A stretch of DNA of 64,000 nucleotides from Sphagnum compactum (Eukaryota), in the NCBI GenBank assembly GCA_965153455.1, contig OZ234493.1, positions 33,036,213 through 33,100,212 on the forward strand, given 5' to 3'. The notes below the pieces were generated by a model that worked only from the letters and a program-made list of their open reading frames with translations, did no database searches and was not told the DNA's origin. Each line of letters opens with the position of its first letter. The stretch's first letter is position 1. Shown one piece after another: positions 62,317 through 64,000 of the stretch. Made by a program: the position numbers and the translations under genes.

Positions 62317-64000
62317 CCAACTAACTAGGTATGTAAGTTAGGCTAAGCTATCAATGTACATAAGCTTACTAAATTTAATTTAACCTATTAGGCTTACCTA
62401 ACTTAGTTTACCTACTAAGTTATAATAGCCTCTTCTAGCAACCTATTAACTACTAAATTAATTTGTATAGTTGGAATTGCAAAAAGATGTCAGGTGTCAT
62501 CTAATCATTTATGTATAGTTACAAATATAGTTGCAAAAACAACTTAGTTGTCAACCATCAATGGATGACATATGTTCAATTTTCATCAATATTTTTATTT
62601 AAACTTATGGTAGGTCACACATTGTAGTTGCATATATGACTAAAATTTGGATTTGTGAAAGTTTAGTTGCATGTACAACTATGAACATTTGCAACTAAGG
62701 TGCCACATAGGATTGATACAAATATAGTTGCAAATTGAGTTGCCTTGGACATTAATTGCACATTAGTCGCAAACATTTGGTCGAAATGGACAAGATTTCT
62801 TTTAGTGTTTTAGTTGAAATTTGTCAATGCAATTTGGACATCAATGTCTATATGAACAAAAAGTGATTTTCCATTAAAGTAATTACAATGTGTTTTTAAA
62901 TTCAACGTTTAAAACCAAATCTAGTTCTAAAACCAAAACAAACTTGGTTTTGGAACTAAAATTAAAACCAAAATTTTTGAAAATAATTTTTTTGGGAGGA
63001 AAGTTTGGAACCAAATGTTAACGAACAATTAATTATTACTTTTGAAATTGAGTTATTCATAACCAAAACCGAGTTTGATTTCCAGAATCAAAACTTGAAT
63101 TTTCTTTTCAAAAACCAAATGAAAACTAGACCAAAGGTTCGATTTTTTTGAACCATTGGAACCATTTTTTTTTCTTAAGAACTAGAATTAGAGATTATTC
63201 ATAAAATCAAGAACCACCCAACATTGATGTGAACTACATTTAATTGAACATTTTGTTTGTAGTGAAAACTAGAAGATTATGAAAAACATTGTGTCCACTA
63301 TACCCTACAAACACCTTAGATACAAAATGTTGAGAGGGGCGAACATGATTTGAAGCAATTGTAATTAGAAGAACATTTTTAAAAGACAAGTTTTCCTTTA
63401 ATTTGTGAATTGTTAAGTACACATGTACACAACTGTGAGGCTCTCAAGGAACTTGTGTTTGGGATGCTTCCAAAGTTTGCTAGGAATCTTGAAACATTGG
63501 ATCTAGCATCCCTAGCAAACTTTGGAAGTAATTAAACATCAAACCAATTTTCTATCTAAGTAACTCCTAAACGTTTATTGCTTATCCTTGTAGGTGAAAC
63601 TATACACCTCATTATACAATACAACTTTCAATACTGCAAATCTATTTTTTTCACATCCACTTTGTGGAGTTTAACTCAATAAAAATTGCATCATTTGAGT
63701 GTTGTTACTTTGCTAAGTATTTTGCCTTGGCAATGTACTAATTTGCATGGTGTAGTAATGTGTATCTAGTATAATATGAATACATATCTTGTATTCATAT
63801 AGGTGTATAAATTAGTGTATTAATATGCTTATGTGTAGACTACAAGGAATGAAAACTATTGTGAAAGGATGTAACTAGTTTCTTGAGATCTCATGGCAAT
63901 GCTTAATGTAAACTTGTGTAACAACATTTAAGAATGTGGCTAGTTCATGAGAAGGAATTAAATTGCTTATCTTGACTCTAATTTCTAACGAAACCTACAT

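Noticed and set aside
59250-62807. Outer CACTA element enclosing 60071-62316
   Set aside because: A right end (ttcttttagtg) and subterminal-like repeats are present, but no convincing left end or TSD was found.

Overview
AT-rich, repeat-dense eukaryotic nuclear DNA from a land plant. It is most likely a moss, possibly Sphagnum; this is an inference from the moss-like ccmC copy, TTTAGGG tracts and GT-AG introns. Two intact spliced genes were reconstructed by hand: a 4-exon PIP1-type aquaporin (minus, 14599-17068, 295 aa) and a 5-exon mitochondrial pyruvate carrier (plus, 42062-44392, 107 aa). Pseudogenes include a mitochondrial ccmC copy (NUMT), NDUFAF7/MidA exons, a ParB-like (DGNH[R]) remnant and an unassigned frame broken by stop codons. 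Mobile elements include a young full-length Ty3/gypsy element (48562-56413), a decayed full-length hAT with a nested TIR element, a CACTA derivative and many MITEs with identifiable TIRs and TSDs. There is also a 50-bp tandem array, which is not a CRISPR. The two most unusual observations are: (1) the gypsy termini, where the 5' LTR runs straight into the PBS without a CA end while the terminal GGCTACA of the 3' LTR also sits between the PPT and the 3' LTR start, the layout expected from integration of a circular intermediate; and (2) an intact PIP whose pH-gating loop D His is replaced by Phe.
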